Shown piece by piece: positions 10,444 to 19,523 of a DNA stretch of 37,419 bases. The position numbers were made by a program, and so were the translations under genes. A model generated the notes under the pieces. The model saw nothing but the letters and a program-made list of their open reading frames with translations. It did no database searches and had not been told where the DNA came from. Each line of letters opens with the position of its first letter. The first letter of the stretch is position 1. Source of the stretch: Polyangia bacterium (GTDB taxonomy: Bacteria > Myxococcota_A > Polyangia > JAAYKL01); the NCBI GenBank assembly GCA_050287845.1, contig JBNKCR010000085.1, positions 1 through 37,419 on the forward strand, read 5' to 3'.

Positions 10444-11061
10444 TCAGGCCTCCACCTTGATTGCATAACAACACACATTATCATCGAGCACCTTGCGCAC
10501 ATCATCGGCAGAAAATTCTGTCTCACTGATCCACCGTTCCGCCAGCCCTATATCACCGCTTCCGGATTTACACCCCAGCTGCAGAATGGTAATTGGCTTT
10601 CCGCCAATAGAAATCCTATCCTTCAATGCCGCGCGCAGTGGTTGATGTACCGCGCAGAACGGACTCACCCCCGCACCATGTCCGACTCTGAGCTGTTCGG
10701 TGACTTTTCCTTCCCTATTGTAGTCATCTGTAATTTTATGATAATCATCGGGCAGTTCCCCATACACTTCTTTGTAATCGCCAATGGATCCGGCAAATGG
10801 ACACGCTGGCAGACCGAACAGGCCTTTTCCATAATGCACTGCCTTGCCTTCAATTTTTGTGATTGGATTTTCTGCGGATTCAATGGATGCGACAAAATCA
10901 TCCAGGGTATCAAAAGACACCTTCGGAATGTTTTCGGCAGTACCCATGGCATTGCGAATCAGCATTCCTTTCGTGGCAGCGGCGCCAAGCTGCGCGATAG
11001 ATACCCGAATAATATCAAGAAAACTGATGTGCGCAATATCCAGAATATTATTTTCACTCAT
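10444..11061 (-). CDS. V4R-like Cys/His-rich hypothetical protein
   Basis: ACPF, PFCAVH, LGCK and VCCYAIKV motifs resemble V4R metal-ligand spacing; RBS GGGGA before ATG 11061. Confidence 0.6.
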   Translation of the reverse strand: MSENNILDIAHISFLDIIRVSIAQLGAAATKGMLIRNAMGTAENIPKVSFDTLDDFVASIESAENPITKIEGKAVHYGKGLFGLPACPFAGSIGDYKEVYGELPDDYHKITDDYNREGKVTEQLRVGHGAGVSPFCAVHQPLRAALKDRISIGGKPITILQLGCKSGSGDIGLAERWISETEFSADDVRKVLDDNVCCYAIKVEA

Positions 11062-11507
11062 TGGTTCCCCTATAGAATATCTGTACGCGCAAACGACAGA
11101 TTCAAATCGTGAATTTATCAATATTTTCTATGTTCTGCGCTTAATCGGGGGTCAAGAAGCACCTCATACGATTTTCAAAAAAACTCGTAACTCCTTAATA
11201 TTATTACTGGATACATTTCATAGTATTATGATTACTTGATTCATTATTATACATCTGCTGTATGCCAGGGGTGTCTTTTTAGCATTTGAACTTTTTTCAA
11301 CCACCCATAGATCATAGAAAAAAATCCGATTCAACCCGATTACAGGTATCATTCTCTGGAGTTATGCCCAATACCGATGAATTGGCAGACATACCGGATA
11401 GGCAGAAGACGCCGGACGCATCGCCGAGGTGACCTGGCAAAATGGGAGACAGGCTTTGTCCTTCATATTCCTTCATATAATGAAGGTAATATTGAACAAT
11501 ATATATT

Positions 11508-14246
11508 TTATTTATGGCTGCTTTTGCGGACCCGACCAATTATCCGTCCATCCCGACTGCGTTTCTCCAAAGCGGATGCCGCAGATTCTGCCAGCGTAAC
11601 CCCATCACAAACCAACTCATTCAGCGAAATGCTGCGCACACCAAGCGAATGCGCAATGTCTGGAGCCAGCACCAACTCTCCGGATGCCGTCGGCTGATAA
11701 TAGTCATGGGGGCCCAATCGAACAATCTCACCTCTGGAGACAATTCGTACGTCCCCGAAAAAAGGCGCTTTGGGGAAGCCAACCCCGATGGACGGCCAGA
11801 CCTTCACAAAACCAATCTGAGTTGCCTGCCCCGCACAGGTCATCTGCTCTACCTTTACCGCCTCCCGCAGAATATCTCTGGGCAAAACCAGGTTTCTGTT
11901 AAAAATATTGCGAATAACCGGCGCGGAATCGAGCACGCGAACCTGTTTGATAATCAATTCGGGGGTGGCCACTTCAGATGAAGAAAATCCGCCCCAGTCA
12001 GGAGACATCACGCGAAACTCCAAATCCAGCGTTATTGTCTGACTGGACTGATATTGAGCAGTCGAAGCATTCCTGATTCTGCGCCAGACAGCGGCGATTC
12101 GACGGCAGGCTGCAAACAACCGGTTATATTCGTCGGTGGTCAGCACCGGACGTTCGGCCCCATTCACAACCTCCGGGCGGCGGCGCTCAATCACCGGAGA
12201 CCCGACACCCTCTGCCCGCACATTCACCACTTCAGGCGATGCTCCATTTCCGACCGGTGGATTGGTCACACTCAGCGCGCCGGTATGCGCGTTCACAATC
12301 ATCTCCTCATACTTCCGATGAAACTGATAGTCCCCTGCAAAGTTCCACGAAAATGTAGCCACCCCGTTGGCCCGTTCATGAACATCGTCAAATCGTGGAT
12401 GCACCACCACCGCCATGGCACCGCTCCAATGATCCATTCCAGAATGGCGACGCTCTTCAAATGCCTGAAAATTCCAATAGGATGCCCATGTCTTTTTCAG
12501 AGCCCAGGCCACAGTTTTCTTTCGTTCCTTTTCAGACCTCTGTTTTTCAGGGTGTAAAAATCCCGTGCTGGAGATGTACAGCCCCGCCCCGCTGAACCCG
12601 TCAATGTCTTCAACGGTACTGGATGACCTGAAACGTAGACCCTGATGCACCGGATAGTCAGCAAATACTCGGCGCAATTCAGAAGTAATGTCTGCCAGTG
12701 AACCCACAGGGACAGTCATGGCGCGGATTTTCGCTTTCACACCACCCTTCATCCCCCACTCATAGTGCCGCGGACTGCTCCGTTTCAGGTTCGCAATCAG
12801 TAATGCATCTTCCACAGAAGAAAAATGCCGTCGATACGCCTCAATGCCCTCCAGCACAAAATAGCGGACTTTAACAGAACGTTGAAACACATCAGCCGTC
12901 GTCAGCGCATTCAATTCCGTTTCCAGAGGCGCCATATGTGCGCGGTATGCACGGGTGGTGACGATGGCGACCTGTCCTGGAATCAATTCCGGTACCGCCT
13001 CCTGAAGCACCTTGAATCCATCTCCCTTACCGCCGATCAACGCGGATTCATCCCCCGGATTCAACCGCTGCAAATCCGAAATTGCAACAACGTATGGCGC
13101 TGCGTCCCAGTCGGCATCCGGGCTGTAATGGATTGCTGGAGCGGTTTTGGTAAAATTGAGAAAATCCGATTCAGAAAGTGGGGTTATCCTGACCTCGCCA
13201 TTGCGGACCGCAAGGGCTACCGGGGCGTATCCATCCGCCAGTTGCCGAATCCATGGGTCGTCAAAGATGCCACCCACGTACACAGATGGAATACCCCGGT
13301 TTCGGGCCAGAATGTTCAGATGAGACAACCTGGAGAGGGGCACAGCGGAAATTACCCCCGCCGCCTGTGGCAGATCATCCGGTGGTGTCCGTACAATCAG
13401 AATATGAGTGGCATCCGCATCAACCAGCGCGGACCTGTCGTCGTCCACCAGGAAAAGTCTTCCAACGGTCACACCACTGTTATAAATTTCGGCTTCTCCT
13501 TCTTCGGCCAGCAGCGAGAATGAAACAATGCGGTCAGCAGAAAGCGCTTTCACGGACACCATTTCCCTCGCCAATGCCATCTGCACAGGCGACCTTGGAA
13601 TCCAGACCAGCTGTTCTGCAAGTTCAACCGACAGACTTGCTCGCAACCGACCGAAAAATCGCAGCACATCCTCACTGGTGGGTGCATCCATATACTCCAG
13701 ACGAAACCCGAACACGGCTGCCCGCTTTTCGTTCCCCTCTGAAAAAACCAACGCCCCCAGCCCCACTTTGCGGTGCTTGCCCAGGGCCATATCGTAAAAT
13801 TGCTGCGCATACATCCGGTCTTCCACGAAGCGCAGCCCCATGGGCGGGCTGGCCTGTTGCCTGCCCCACTGGGCACAGTCTTTCGGCATTGCGCATCCCG
13901 GCGTATTTTCCAATCCCTTGTCTCCCAACGCGGGAACCCCGTTCAGACGCCGATACCAGTACCATTCATCGTGAAAGGTATAAAAATCGCCATCCATATA
14001 TAGCACTCCGGCGTTCGGCGTTTGTCGTTGAAATGACGGTATAATGAATTTTACTGTCTTCAGCTTTCCGTTCTGTGCGGCTGTCAGTGTCCGGAACTGT
14101 TCGAGAGAATGGATTGCGGACACCACGTGGTCATCAGCCCCCTGCTCCCCATAGCCAATTTCCATTTGCCGGGAATGACATTGCAGACTCCCAAAGAGAA
14201 CCATCAACAACAGAATCGAATGGATATATTTTTCAACAGGTATCAT
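11508..14246 (-). CDS. PEP/pyruvate-binding (dikinase-type ATP-grasp) domain lipoprotein with phospho-His swivel domain
   Basis: SHLNILARNRGIP (His swivel); IGGKG, LRFRSSSTVEDIDGFSGAGLY and DLEFR (ATP-grasp); N-terminal hydrophobic stretch plus FGSLQ-C. Start placed at ATG 14246 because the longer ORF overlaps the opposite-strand gene. Confidence 0.85.
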   Translation of the reverse strand: MIPVEKYIHSILLLMVLFGSLQCHSRQMEIGYGEQGADDHVVSAIHSLEQFRTLTAAQNGKLKTVKFIIPSFQRQTPNAGVLYMDGDFYTFHDEWYWYRRLNGVPALGDKGLENTPGCAMPKDCAQWGRQQASPPMGLRFVEDRMYAQQFYDMALGKHRKVGLGALVFSEGNEKRAAVFGFRLEYMDAPTSEDVLRFFGRLRASLSVELAEQLVWIPRSPVQMALAREMVSVKALSADRIVSFSLLAEEGEAEIYNSGVTVGRLFLVDDDRSALVDADATHILIVRTPPDDLPQAAGVISAVPLSRLSHLNILARNRGIPSVYVGGIFDDPWIRQLADGYAPVALAVRNGEVRITPLSESDFLNFTKTAPAIHYSPDADWDAAPYVVAISDLQRLNPGDESALIGGKGDGFKVLQEAVPELIPGQVAIVTTRAYRAHMAPLETELNALTTADVFQRSVKVRYFVLEGIEAYRRHFSSVEDALLIANLKRSSPRHYEWGMKGGVKAKIRAMTVPVGSLADITSELRRVFADYPVHQGLRFRSSSTVEDIDGFSGAGLYISSTGFLHPEKQRSEKERKKTVAWALKKTWASYWNFQAFEERRHSGMDHWSGAMAVVVHPRFDDVHERANGVATFSWNFAGDYQFHRKYEEMIVNAHTGALSVTNPPVGNGASPEVVNVRAEGVGSPVIERRRPEVVNGAERPVLTTDEYNRLFAACRRIAAVWRRIRNASTAQYQSSQTITLDLEFRVMSPDWGGFSSSEVATPELIIKQVRVLDSAPVIRNIFNRNLVLPRDILREAVKVEQMTCAGQATQIGFVKVWPSIGVGFPKAPFFGDVRIVSRGEIVRLGPHDYYQPTASGELVLAPDIAHSLGVRSISLNELVCDGVTLAESAASALEKRSRDGRIIGRVRKSSHK

Positions 14247-14424
14247 GACGAAACTCCCCTTCCGGATACAACTGAAACTATGACGCACCAGACCGATTTT
14301 CGATATCCGTTTTATAAAATTTCCGGTATGCCCAGCTCCAATATGCACTGCTACTGGAAACAAATGCATTGAATCTGTTGTCCGACAGTGGCAGAAAAGG
14401 ATGACACGCAATACATTGAAAATA

Positions 14425-15564
14425 ATGAAACAGGCCCAGAACAGAATACCAGCAGATTCTATCATGCCATGGCGAGTGCTCTCCCTCCTTGGAATGCTCT
14501 GGATTGTATCATCATGCGCCAGGCCCCACACCCCCGATACGACAGAGGTGCAGAGGCTGCAAGAGGTGCATGTGATTCAGTTGACCGAAAAGCAGGGTCA
14601 CACCATCGATGCCTATGATGCAATTGAACTGTTCAATCGCGGAAATCTTGCTCTGGAGGCTGAAAAATACAACGATGCCATTATTCTCTATCTGCAGTTG
14701 CAGCGGGAATTCCCCGATTCGCAATTCCGGGCGCCGGCGCTTTATAATAGCGGCATCTGTTTTGACCGGCTCGGACGCTACGAAGACGCCGTTGCCACCT
14801 ATCGGCGATTCATTGAAAAATTTCCGGAATCAGACGACATGAAAGACATTCTGTTTCGTCTTTCCGAATCCCTCGAAGAGCTGGCCAGATGGGAGGAAAT
14901 GATTTCTGTGCTGGATACACTGAATGGACACAACGCACAGCTGACCCCTGTTGACAGAGTGGAAATCCGTACCAGAAAAGGCGCAGCGCTCATCGAGTTG
15001 CGGCGGCCCGGACTTGCCCGGGTCGAACTGGAACACGCCATACACATCTTCACCCATGATAGCAGTATTTCGCAAACTGCCCCGGACTACTATTACGCGA
15101 TGGCCCAGTTCAAACTGGCGGAATTGACCCACGATGAAATGCGTCAGCTGACGCTGCCCGCGGATGACTCCGCTTTGGGCGAAATTCTGGAAAAAAAATG
15201 CCAGCTCCTCCTCGACGCCCAATATCTCTACACCCAGGTCATCCGTATTGGCCATCCCCACTGGAGTGGCGCTGCGGCATATCGAACCGGCGCCCTGTAT
15301 CATCACCTCTGGCAGGACATGCTCTCTGCTCCCCCGCCGGCGGCGCTCAATGAAACCGAGCAGGAAATGTATACCGAGGTGCTTCGTAAGAGAATTAAGA
15401 TTCTGTTGGAAAAGGCAGTCAAACAATGGCGCCGCACCCTGAAATTTGCCAAGCGCCTCAATCTGGACAACGAATGGGTGATTCAAACCCGTCGGGATTT
15501 GGAGGAGATAGAAGCGCTGTTGAGAATTGAATCTCAGGTGGGTGCGGATTTGTCTATCGAGTAG
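14425..15564 (+). CDS. TPR-repeat lipoprotein (AgmU/GltD C-terminal-like)
   Basis: IVSS-C lipobox; TPR motifs (ALYNSGICFDRLGRYEDAVATYRRFIEKFP); C-terminal W..AAAYR.G...APPP..L...Y...L...KA pattern recalls myxobacterial gliding TPR proteins. Start could be 14401, 14425 or 14464. Confidence 0.8.
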   Translation: MKQAQNRIPADSIMPWRVLSLLGMLWIVSSCARPHTPDTTEVQRLQEVHVIQLTEKQGHTIDAYDAIELFNRGNLALEAEKYNDAIILYLQLQREFPDSQFRAPALYNSGICFDRLGRYEDAVATYRRFIEKFPESDDMKDILFRLSESLEELARWEEMISVLDTLNGHNAQLTPVDRVEIRTRKGAALIELRRPGLARVELEHAIHIFTHDSSISQTAPDYYYAMAQFKLAELTHDEMRQLTLPADDSALGEILEKKCQLLLDAQYLYTQVIRIGHPHWSGAAAYRTGALYHHLWQDMLSAPPPAALNETEQEMYTEVLRKRIKILLEKAVKQWRRTLKFAKRLNLDNEWVIQTRRDLEEIEALLRIESQVGADLSIE

Positions 15565-15592
15565 AGTAGCGGCTCTGTGGCCTGCTCAGAAC

Positions 15593-16924
15593 TCAGAAAC
15601 CGAGCAGGCGCTCCAGTGCTTCCACTTTACCGCGAACCGCGGCATCTTCCTTGATTTGCTTTTCAATCTTGCGACAGGCGGCCAGCGCAGTCGTGTGATC
15701 TTTTCCACCGAACTGAGTGCCGATTTCCGGGTAAGATGAATTCAATCCTTTGCGACACAGGTACATTGCAATTTGTCTTGGAAACGCAATGGACCGATGA
15801 CGCTTTGTCCCGGTCAGTTCATCCATGGCCACGTGGAAATGCTTGCACACGGCATGCTGAATACTATCCACCGACAATGCAGACTCATGCAACGCCACCA
15901 CCTTTTTGAGCGTCTGAGTGGCAAAATCCAAATCGATAGGCCGATTGTCCAACGACGCATGGGCCGCCAGATTGATCAGTGAACCCTCAAGCTCGCGAAC
16001 GTTGTTCTTGATGGAAGTGGCCAGAAACAATGCCACATCATCCGGCAATGGAATGCCTTCATCTTCGGCCTTGCGCTTCAGAATGGCCAGACGGGTCTCC
16101 ATTTCCGGCGCCTGAATATCCGCTATCAATCCCCACTGAAAACGGGAACGCAGCCTTTCCTCCAAATCGGGTATTTCCTGGGGATACTTATCTGAAGTCA
16201 GCACAATCTGTTTATTCTCTTCATAAAGAGCATTGAAGGTGTGGAAGAACTCGTCCTGTGTGCCATCCTTGCCGGCAATGAACTGGATATCATCAATCAG
16301 CAACACGTCGCAACTTTTGCGAAACTTCCTTCGGAAGCTATCCATTTTGTTGGTCCGCAATGATGCGACAAACTCATTCATGAATTCTTCAGATGAGAGA
16401 TAACATATACGGGCAGTGGGCCTGAGCGACAGCACCTGGTTTCCGATGGCATGAAGCAAATGCGTTTTTCCAAGCCCCACGCCGCCATAAATGAACAGCG
16501 GATTGAATCTGGTTCCTATCTGGGTGGCAATGGCCATGGAAGCCGCATGGGGCAACTGGTTTGACGCGCCAACAATGAAGTTGGAAAAAGTGTACTTTGG
16601 ATTCAGACGGGACTGCAATTCATTGACTGGCCTTGGAGGAATCGAGGAAACCGTTGCACGTTCCGGCAGTTTCGCCGATTCGGACGATTCTCTGATGGCG
16701 ATATCCACATTGAGACGATTTCCACTTTCGATAAATACCGCTTCTTTTATCAAATCGATATAATTATTGGTGATCCATTCCTTAAAAAAGGTATTTGGCA
16801 CCTCCAGAACGACTTTGTCGCTATCGAAATGTGCGGTTGAAATGGGTGCAAACCATGTATCAAAGACTTGGCCACTCAATTTTTCTCGAATCCAGGTTAG
16901 CGATTTTTTCCAGGCGTCTGTCAT
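15593..16924 (-). CDS. dnaA: Chromosomal replication initiator DnaA
   Basis: LNPKYTFSNF, Walker A GGVGLGKT, Walker B LLIDDIQF, NVRELEG, domain IV RQIAMYL...GGKDHTT. Confidence 0.98.
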   Translation of the reverse strand: MTDAWKKSLTWIREKLSGQVFDTWFAPISTAHFDSDKVVLEVPNTFFKEWITNNYIDLIKEAVFIESGNRLNVDIAIRESSESAKLPERATVSSIPPRPVNELQSRLNPKYTFSNFIVGASNQLPHAASMAIATQIGTRFNPLFIYGGVGLGKTHLLHAIGNQVLSLRPTARICYLSSEEFMNEFVASLRTNKMDSFRRKFRKSCDVLLIDDIQFIAGKDGTQDEFFHTFNALYEENKQIVLTSDKYPQEIPDLEERLRSRFQWGLIADIQAPEMETRLAILKRKAEDEGIPLPDDVALFLATSIKNNVRELEGSLINLAAHASLDNRPIDLDFATQTLKKVVALHESALSVDSIQHAVCKHFHVAMDELTGTKRHRSIAFPRQIAMYLCRKGLNSSYPEIGTQFGGKDHTTALAACRKIEKQIKEDAAVRGKVEALERLLGF

Positions 16925-17450
16925 AAATTTTGTTTTCTCTCATTAACAGTTGGACAATAATTGTCGCGTTGATTTCATTACCTTCTGAATCGAAGCTGCT
17001 TTTTTTCTGACGGCAAAACCCCCGGGAGACACATCCAGAAAAATGCTGTGACCTTGTTGTAATACGGGTTGTAGCCGACGGGTAACTTCGTAACAGACTT
17101 TCGCAGACGGCGTAAAGGTTAAAAAAAAAAATAAATTCTGGCACACGGTTTTATTACGTTTTCAGCGAGGAAAGGCCGGTTTTCGAATAAAAAAAACTAT
17201 TTTCAAACTCAAAAAAAAGGTTGAAAAACTATAACCCATTGTTTTTAAAGAAACAATTCTCAACCCACCCATCATTGACTGATAATCAACAGATAATTTG
17301 ACCTATAGTCAAATGCTTTGTTTCATATTGTTGGAACGTATGTTTTTTCGGCACTTTCTTTAGCTCAATGTGTCAATTGCATGTCAAAAATGCGAGAAAT
17401 AGTGCAAATCTGTTCAGGAAATGCGGCCCGTTTGTGCCTGAAATTGGACT
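16925..17450. promoter_or_regulatory. AT-rich divergent regulatory region upstream of dnaA
   Basis: 526-bp non-coding AT-rich gap with palindromes at 16953-16965, 17238-17257 and 17296-17314. Only degenerate DnaA-box-like 9-mers are present. Confidence 0.55.
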
Positions 17451-17480
17451 TTGCCTGTTGAGTCAGCGATAGTTGGCTTC

Positions 17481-18425
17481 ATGATGAAGACGATACGTTA
17501 TATATTACCGAAAACAATATCACTATTGCTTCTTTTAATCGGCGTGCTCCTTCCGATCAGCGGACTGGCTCAGAATGGGCGACTGGTTGGAACTGAAAAA
17601 GTCGGGGATGCCCGAATGCTGGCCATGGGTGGTGCACTGCGCGCGTCCAGTTCCAACACCAGCGCGGTATATCTGAATCCTGCGGCGATGGGGATGGCCC
17701 ACGTATATCATCTGAATATGAAATATCAGTACACCGGTCTGGATGAACTTCACAACGGGGGGATTGTGCTGATGGACTCCATTACGCACCCCATATTCTC
17801 CGCCGGCCTGTCTCTGGACTATTTCAAATCGGCCCGGAGCCACTCAGATTTTGAATCATGGGATGGCCGGATTGCCACCTCCCTCAATCTCCGCGAAGTC
17901 TTTTTTTTTGGTGTGACTGCGCGGTATTTACGTGTGGCCCTCGATGTGGAATCCGATTCGGTGGGACCGAACGGACTGCCCGCCTTCCCGTCGAACGAAG
18001 GCATGCAGGCAAATGGATTCACTCTCGATGCGGGTATCGCTGCCAAGGCTGGCAGTATCGTAAGTCTGGGTGTGGTCGCCAGTAATATAACGGATACCGG
18101 CACCATCTTTGCGCCGTTTCAGCTCGCCGGTGGCATTTCGGTTCTACTAAAAAATATGTGGCTCATCGAATCTGATCTCGTTGCCGATTTCGGCAGCTAC
18201 AGCGAGACCGGTCTGGAATGGCAGCTGGGAACGGAGCTGATACTGAGGGAGCAGTTCTCCCTTCGCGGTGGCTTCAATCGCGAGTTCCACTTCGGTGTCA
18301 ACGGATACAGTCTTGGATTTGGCTATACCGCCGCGAAATTTGCGTTTGATGTGGGATTTCGACAGGACATCGAATATACCGAGCGATTCAGATTAGCGCT
18401 TGGTTTCCGGTTTTTCATCGGTTAG
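17481..18425 (+). CDS. Outer-membrane beta-barrel protein (PorV/FadL-like)
   Basis: Signal peptide, ARMLAMGGA...AVYLNPAAM motif, alternating beta-strand pattern, aromatic C-terminus. Confidence 0.75.
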   Translation: MMKTIRYILPKTISLLLLLIGVLLPISGLAQNGRLVGTEKVGDARMLAMGGALRASSSNTSAVYLNPAAMGMAHVYHLNMKYQYTGLDELHNGGIVLMDSITHPIFSAGLSLDYFKSARSHSDFESWDGRIATSLNLREVFFFGVTARYLRVALDVESDSVGPNGLPAFPSNEGMQANGFTLDAGIAAKAGSIVSLGVVASNITDTGTIFAPFQLAGGISVLLKNMWLIESDLVADFGSYSETGLEWQLGTELILREQFSLRGGFNREFHFGVNGYSLGFGYTAAKFAFDVGFRQDIEYTERFRLALGFRFFIG

Positions 18426-18457
18426 TATTCATATCGTATGCATAAAGGCAATCCGGT

Positions 18458-19042
18458 GTGAATGATTCCAGACAACATAAACTTGTTCGAAAGTTGCGAG
18501 CCAGGGATACGCGTGCTTTTGAGCAGCTTATCGAAGAGCATCAATCCCGTATCTACAACCTCATTTTTCGGATGATTGGAAATCACGAAGAAGCCGAGGA
18601 CCTGCTGCAGGAAGTATTCATTACTGTTTTCAAGAAAATAGACAGCTTCAGGGGAGACGCCTCCCTCTCCACATGGATATACAGAATTGCCACCAATCAC
18701 TGCATCAATCGCAAGAAATATCTTTCCAGGCGAAAACATTATGTGAACAGTTCCTATGGAGACCTGACGGAAAAAGAGCAAACCGAAACCGGCAGTGGAA
18801 TCACGGAAAATCTCCCCAGACCAGACGAAATGGCCGAAGGCAAACAGATGGAAGAGATTCTCCAGAAGGCCATTTCAATGCTGGAGGATGAATATAAAGT
18901 CGTCCTCATTCTCAGAGACGTACAGAATCTGAGTTATGAGGAAATAGAGCAAATTCTGGATGTTCCGGCCGGCACAGTAAAAAGCCGACTGCACCGGGCG
19001 CGAATGGCACTGAAAGAAAAACTGGTTCCATACCTGAGGTGA
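18458..19042 (+). CDS. ECF RNA polymerase sigma factor
   Basis: AEDLLQEVF, FRGDASLSTWIYRIATN, region 4 LSYEEI...GTVKSRLHRAR. Confidence 0.96.
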   Translation: MNDSRQHKLVRKLRARDTRAFEQLIEEHQSRIYNLIFRMIGNHEEAEDLLQEVFITVFKKIDSFRGDASLSTWIYRIATNHCINRKKYLSRRKHYVNSSYGDLTEKEQTETGSGITENLPRPDEMAEGKQMEEILQKAISMLEDEYKVVLILRDVQNLSYEEIEQILDVPAGTVKSRLHRARMALKEKLVPYLR

Positions 19043-19446
19043 ACATGAATCATCAGGAAGCCAAAGATTTATTTACCAACTATCTCGACGGAGATATGGC
19101 AGACGCAGAGCGGTCTGCACTTGAAGCGCATCTGTCGACGTGCACCGAATGTAAACAGGAATGGCAAACGTTCAAGAAGCTGATGAGCGAGGTCTCCGGC
19201 CTGATGAACCTTTCGCCCCCCAAAGACGTGGTGTTTGCAGTGGAGCGAAAAATCCATCGCCGAAGTCGGGGGAAGTTTTTTGGAAGGCAGAAAGGGTCGA
19301 GCATTCAATTCGGGCTGATATCCTTCATTCTGGTGCTGCTGTTTATGCTGGGATACCTGCTCCTTACCGCGGTTAATGAAATCGTTTTCATCGATTCCGA
19401 TAATGACAGCGCATCGTCCCCTTCAGACAGCATCACATCCGACTGA
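19039..19446 (+). CDS. Zinc-finger (zf-HC2/ZAS) transmembrane anti-sigma factor
   Basis: HLSTCTEC (HxxxCxxC), one TM helix, start overlaps the sigma stop codon. Confidence 0.9.
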   Translation: MNMNHQEAKDLFTNYLDGDMADAERSALEAHLSTCTECKQEWQTFKKLMSEVSGLMNLSPPKDVVFAVERKIHRRSRGKFFGRQKGSSIQFGLISFILVLLFMLGYLLLTAVNEIVFIDSDNDSASSPSDSITSD

Positions 19447-19523
19447 GTATTCGCCGTATTCCCGTCGTCCACGCCAAATTGGGAATCGACAGTTCAATTG
19501 GGGGTGAAATACACATGGCGCGT

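Noticed and set aside
14247..14531. 95-aa N-terminal extension of the dikinase-like ORF
   Set aside because: It overlaps the opposite-strand TPR gene, and a signal peptide begins only at ATG 14246.
16860..17146. Two short minus-strand ORFs upstream of dnaA
   Set aside because: No recognisable motif or RBS, and not rpmH. Likely promoter or leader sequence.
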